Positions 61,313 through 64,000 of a DNA stretch of 64,000 bases are shown here, piece after piece. The stretch is from the human T2T-CHM13v2.0 reference genome, Homo sapiens. The notes beneath the pieces were generated by a model. It had not been told where the DNA came from. It was given only the letters and a program-made list of their open reading frames with translations, and did no database searches. How positions within the stretch are numbered: position 1 is the first letter of the stretch; the number at the start of each line of letters is the position of its first letter. The translations under genes and the position numbers were made by a program. Location: NCBI RefSeq assembly GCF_009914755.1, contig NC_060928.1. One strand, written 5' to 3'.

Positions 61313-62930
61313 CTAAAAACAAAAACAAAAAGAAACCCTAATCGGATCCTGGGGACAATTACTGTGGCAACTGTGTGTTCTGGAGCACCTCTAAAGGTAT
61401 GGAATGCCTGTTCTTCCCCATAGTCAGTAATCAGTTGATAACATCCAGGCACTGGAGCTCCCAAAGTCCCTCTGCAATGACCTCCTAATGATTTTACTAA
61501 AGGAAGTGATAAGAGTGATGGAACAGTAGTGCATATGCTTGAACAAAGGGCTTGAACAAGAGTGGGTGCATGCTGTCACAGCAATCAAATGCAAATTGTT
61601 GTTCTTGCTAGTGGTTGACATATTAATACTACTACCAAGCTGAGATGAAATTGTTTGGTCTCATCTCTCAGCACAGACTTAACCTGCTTGGCTTTAATCT
61701 CTCAGGTTCTGTTATATCTGCCCTCTCACATACACCCTCTGACCTACATGCAGGGCTATACAGCTTAACCAGACAGCATCATGTGCACCTGCATATTAAT
61801 GGCAAGGTGCTTTCCTATTCTTAGCCCTTAAAGCCTCTTCCTTTTCATGGGGGGATTTTAGTCTTTGCAGTTGTCTTTTGTTGCCTCAATACTATGCCCC
61901 AGCTTGTCCATTTCCAGAGGCAACAGAGGGCCCCAGGAGCTCTGGGTTTACTTCAACACCGGCTTGCTGCCAGGACTCTGCCATTTGTAGCCAAGGCTCC
62001 ATTTGCTAAACCAATGACTGCAGTGATGAGGAAAGAGGTGGCAGCAGCCGTGGGAGGAATGGATCCTTCTACTGCCCTCTTTGCCTGTAGCAGCATAAAC
62101 CCACATAGTACAGTGGCATGAAATGGCTGCAGATTCTATTTCCCAATGCAGAGGAGAGGGGAAGGAGGTAGAGGAGGAGGAATCAGCATGGGAAGAAGGT
62201 ATGCGTAGGGGAAAGAAAGGCATTCATGTGACACAAGACAGATCTGCTCCCCACATGAAAACTTCACAAATTCTCATTCTTACAAGGTGGACACAATTAT
62301 GTTCAAAAGGGAGAAAAGATACAAAGCCAAAGCCCTGACTTTCAAGTAGATCCTAGCATCTTCCTTGGTCTTCCCCTGCCAAAGAAACAGAAATGGTAAC
62401 CAACTCAGGTTGGCATAAAAGGAATCAGAGGAGACCTCACCATGCCCCCCTCAAAAGACCTCTCCTGAATAACAGCAACCAAACTTCTTGTCCTCTCCTC
62501 TGTATTCAGGAGTTATCTACCCAGCCAATCTAGATTCTTACATTGGTATCCTTTGGTCTAATTAGTAAAGAGGTCATCATTAATACAGAACTGTATTCAA
62601 CTCTCAATTAACAAAGGGAAGAAATTAATAACAGGTTAAGTACCACCAATGAGCCTGGGGCTGTGCTGGCTTAAAGAATTTATTCAAAGCCTCGCAGCCA
62701 GTACATGGTGAAGGATAAATTCTAACCCAGGGCTTTCTGAGTCCAGATGAATTCTTGGTGATTTCAAAGCCAGACTTCAATGTGCAGGTTCACTGAGTCT
62801 CCAAATATACTTCTGCTAGATTTCTTGATGATAAAACTACATTATTTTCTCCCCTTTCATTCATTACCATTGTAGACATCTAAAACCTCTAAAATTATTT
62901 TAAAAACTAGAAAATAAGATGGTGCGAGGA

Positions 62931-62947
62931 AGGTCAATCATAGGTCA
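62931..62947 (+). promoter_or_regulatory. Perfect DR5 nuclear-receptor element (RARE-like)
   Basis: AGGTCA atcat AGGTCA. Confidence 0.5.
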
Positions 62948-63060
62948 AAATTGCAAATGCCTTCAGGGGTCTGGAAGCTGGTCACATACATGATGAAACC
63001 AGCCTGAGTGTGAGACTCCAGGGCGCATAGGGGCCCTAGTGAATGGAGTAGCATGGTGAT
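62942..63060 (+). mobile_element. MER45-like hAT fragment
   Basis: caaatgccttcaggggtctgg...gagtgtgagac...ggagtagcatg resembles the recalled MER45 start. Confidence 0.5.
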
Positions 63061-63199
63061 ATCCCTCAACCCCCAAGGGCACAAGGTCTACAGAATTTTC
63101 CAATGTAAGAACCATGAGTGTTGTGTATTTATCTTTTATGCATCTTTCTTTTTCTGTTCTTTCTCTGCCACTGATTCAATCTCAGAATGCACTAAAGTG

Positions 63200-63258
63200 A
63201 ATATATATGTATATACACATGCATATATATACACACATATATGCACATATATATACAC
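63200..63258. repeat. (TA/CA)-rich simple repeat
   Basis: atatatatgtatatacacatgcatatatatacacacatat... Confidence 0.85.
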
Positions 63259-63499
63259 AATGCACTTAAGCCCCTAACTCCTAATTTTATACAAATCATC
63301 TAAAATGGAACATCTTCATTTTCTAAGTCATTCAAAGAACAATTAGGATTTCTTTCATTTACATTATTTACAGATTCTACACTTTTTGTTTCCTTCTAAA
63401 ACTTCACTGCCCTTTTTTCCACAGTACATATTTTTCATTACAAGAGTTATTTGTTAAATGGTAATGCTTTTAAGTAATAAAAAAAGGAAAAAGGACAAC

Positions 63500-63680
63500 T
63501 GCCATTTGCTAAACATCCACCATGTAGACATTCACATACAACAGCTTCATGCAACTCCTGCAAAAACTTTAAGTTATTAGGACTTTCTACATTTTATAGG
63601 TAAGGAAACTAAAGTTGAGAACGTTTAAGCAATTTGCCCAAGATGATGGAGGCTGGACTTGAATTCCGAACAATTCTAAA
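63500..63680 (-). mobile_element. MIR SINE
   Basis: cattttataggtaaggaaactaaagttgagaacgtttaagcaatttgcccaag is a reverse MIR core. Confidence 0.75.
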
Positions 63681-64000
63681 GGCAACAATTCGCCCAGTTA
63701 AAAATACGGAGTGATTTTTCCATGAACTTTAATCGTTAACTGGAGAAGTTATAACTAAACATGTTAGTTTAACTTGAAACCTAAGTCACAAGTAGGTGTT
63801 GAATGGGTTGTTCGCTCTAATCACTTGAGCAGTTCCATGTCTGGCCAATGATCCCCTGGTATCTATTTCTGACCAGCCAGGGAGGCTGCACTACAACAAT
63901 GTCAACATTTCTGCAATGCTATTTTGGAGATAAGTACTTAAAAAATGAATGAGTTGAAAATTCAACTGGGGGTTTCTAAGGTTTAATCTCTCATCTAGAA

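Overview
Primate (human-like) nuclear genomic DNA, AT-rich, with no CpG island outside the L1 5'UTR and no recognisable cellular protein-coding exon; it reads as intronic or intergenic sequence. Most ORF-track entries are repeat-derived or spurious. Main contents: about 20 Alu/FLAM SINEs, a full-length but inactivated L1PA2-like LINE-1 (minus strand, about 51.8-57.8 kb) with a short 3' transduction, a complete two-LTR MER61-type ERV1 provirus (32.8-38.9 kb) with a tRNA-Ile primer site, a THE1/MST solo LTR, nested MLT1 LTRs, and older L1M, L2, MIR and DNA-transposon fragments. Several small minus-strand splice-competent segments suggest a host transcript that I cannot name. I found no new multi-gene system. 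The most unusual signals are local: a two-donor inverted templated insertion inside an Alu, a compound tandem/hairpin/palindrome at 18.0-18.2 kb, the L1 3' transduction, a perfect DR5 nuclear-receptor element and a 136-138 bp x3 tandem repeat. Repeat subfamily names come from my recall of consensus sequences, not from a database run, and boundaries of old repeats are approximate.
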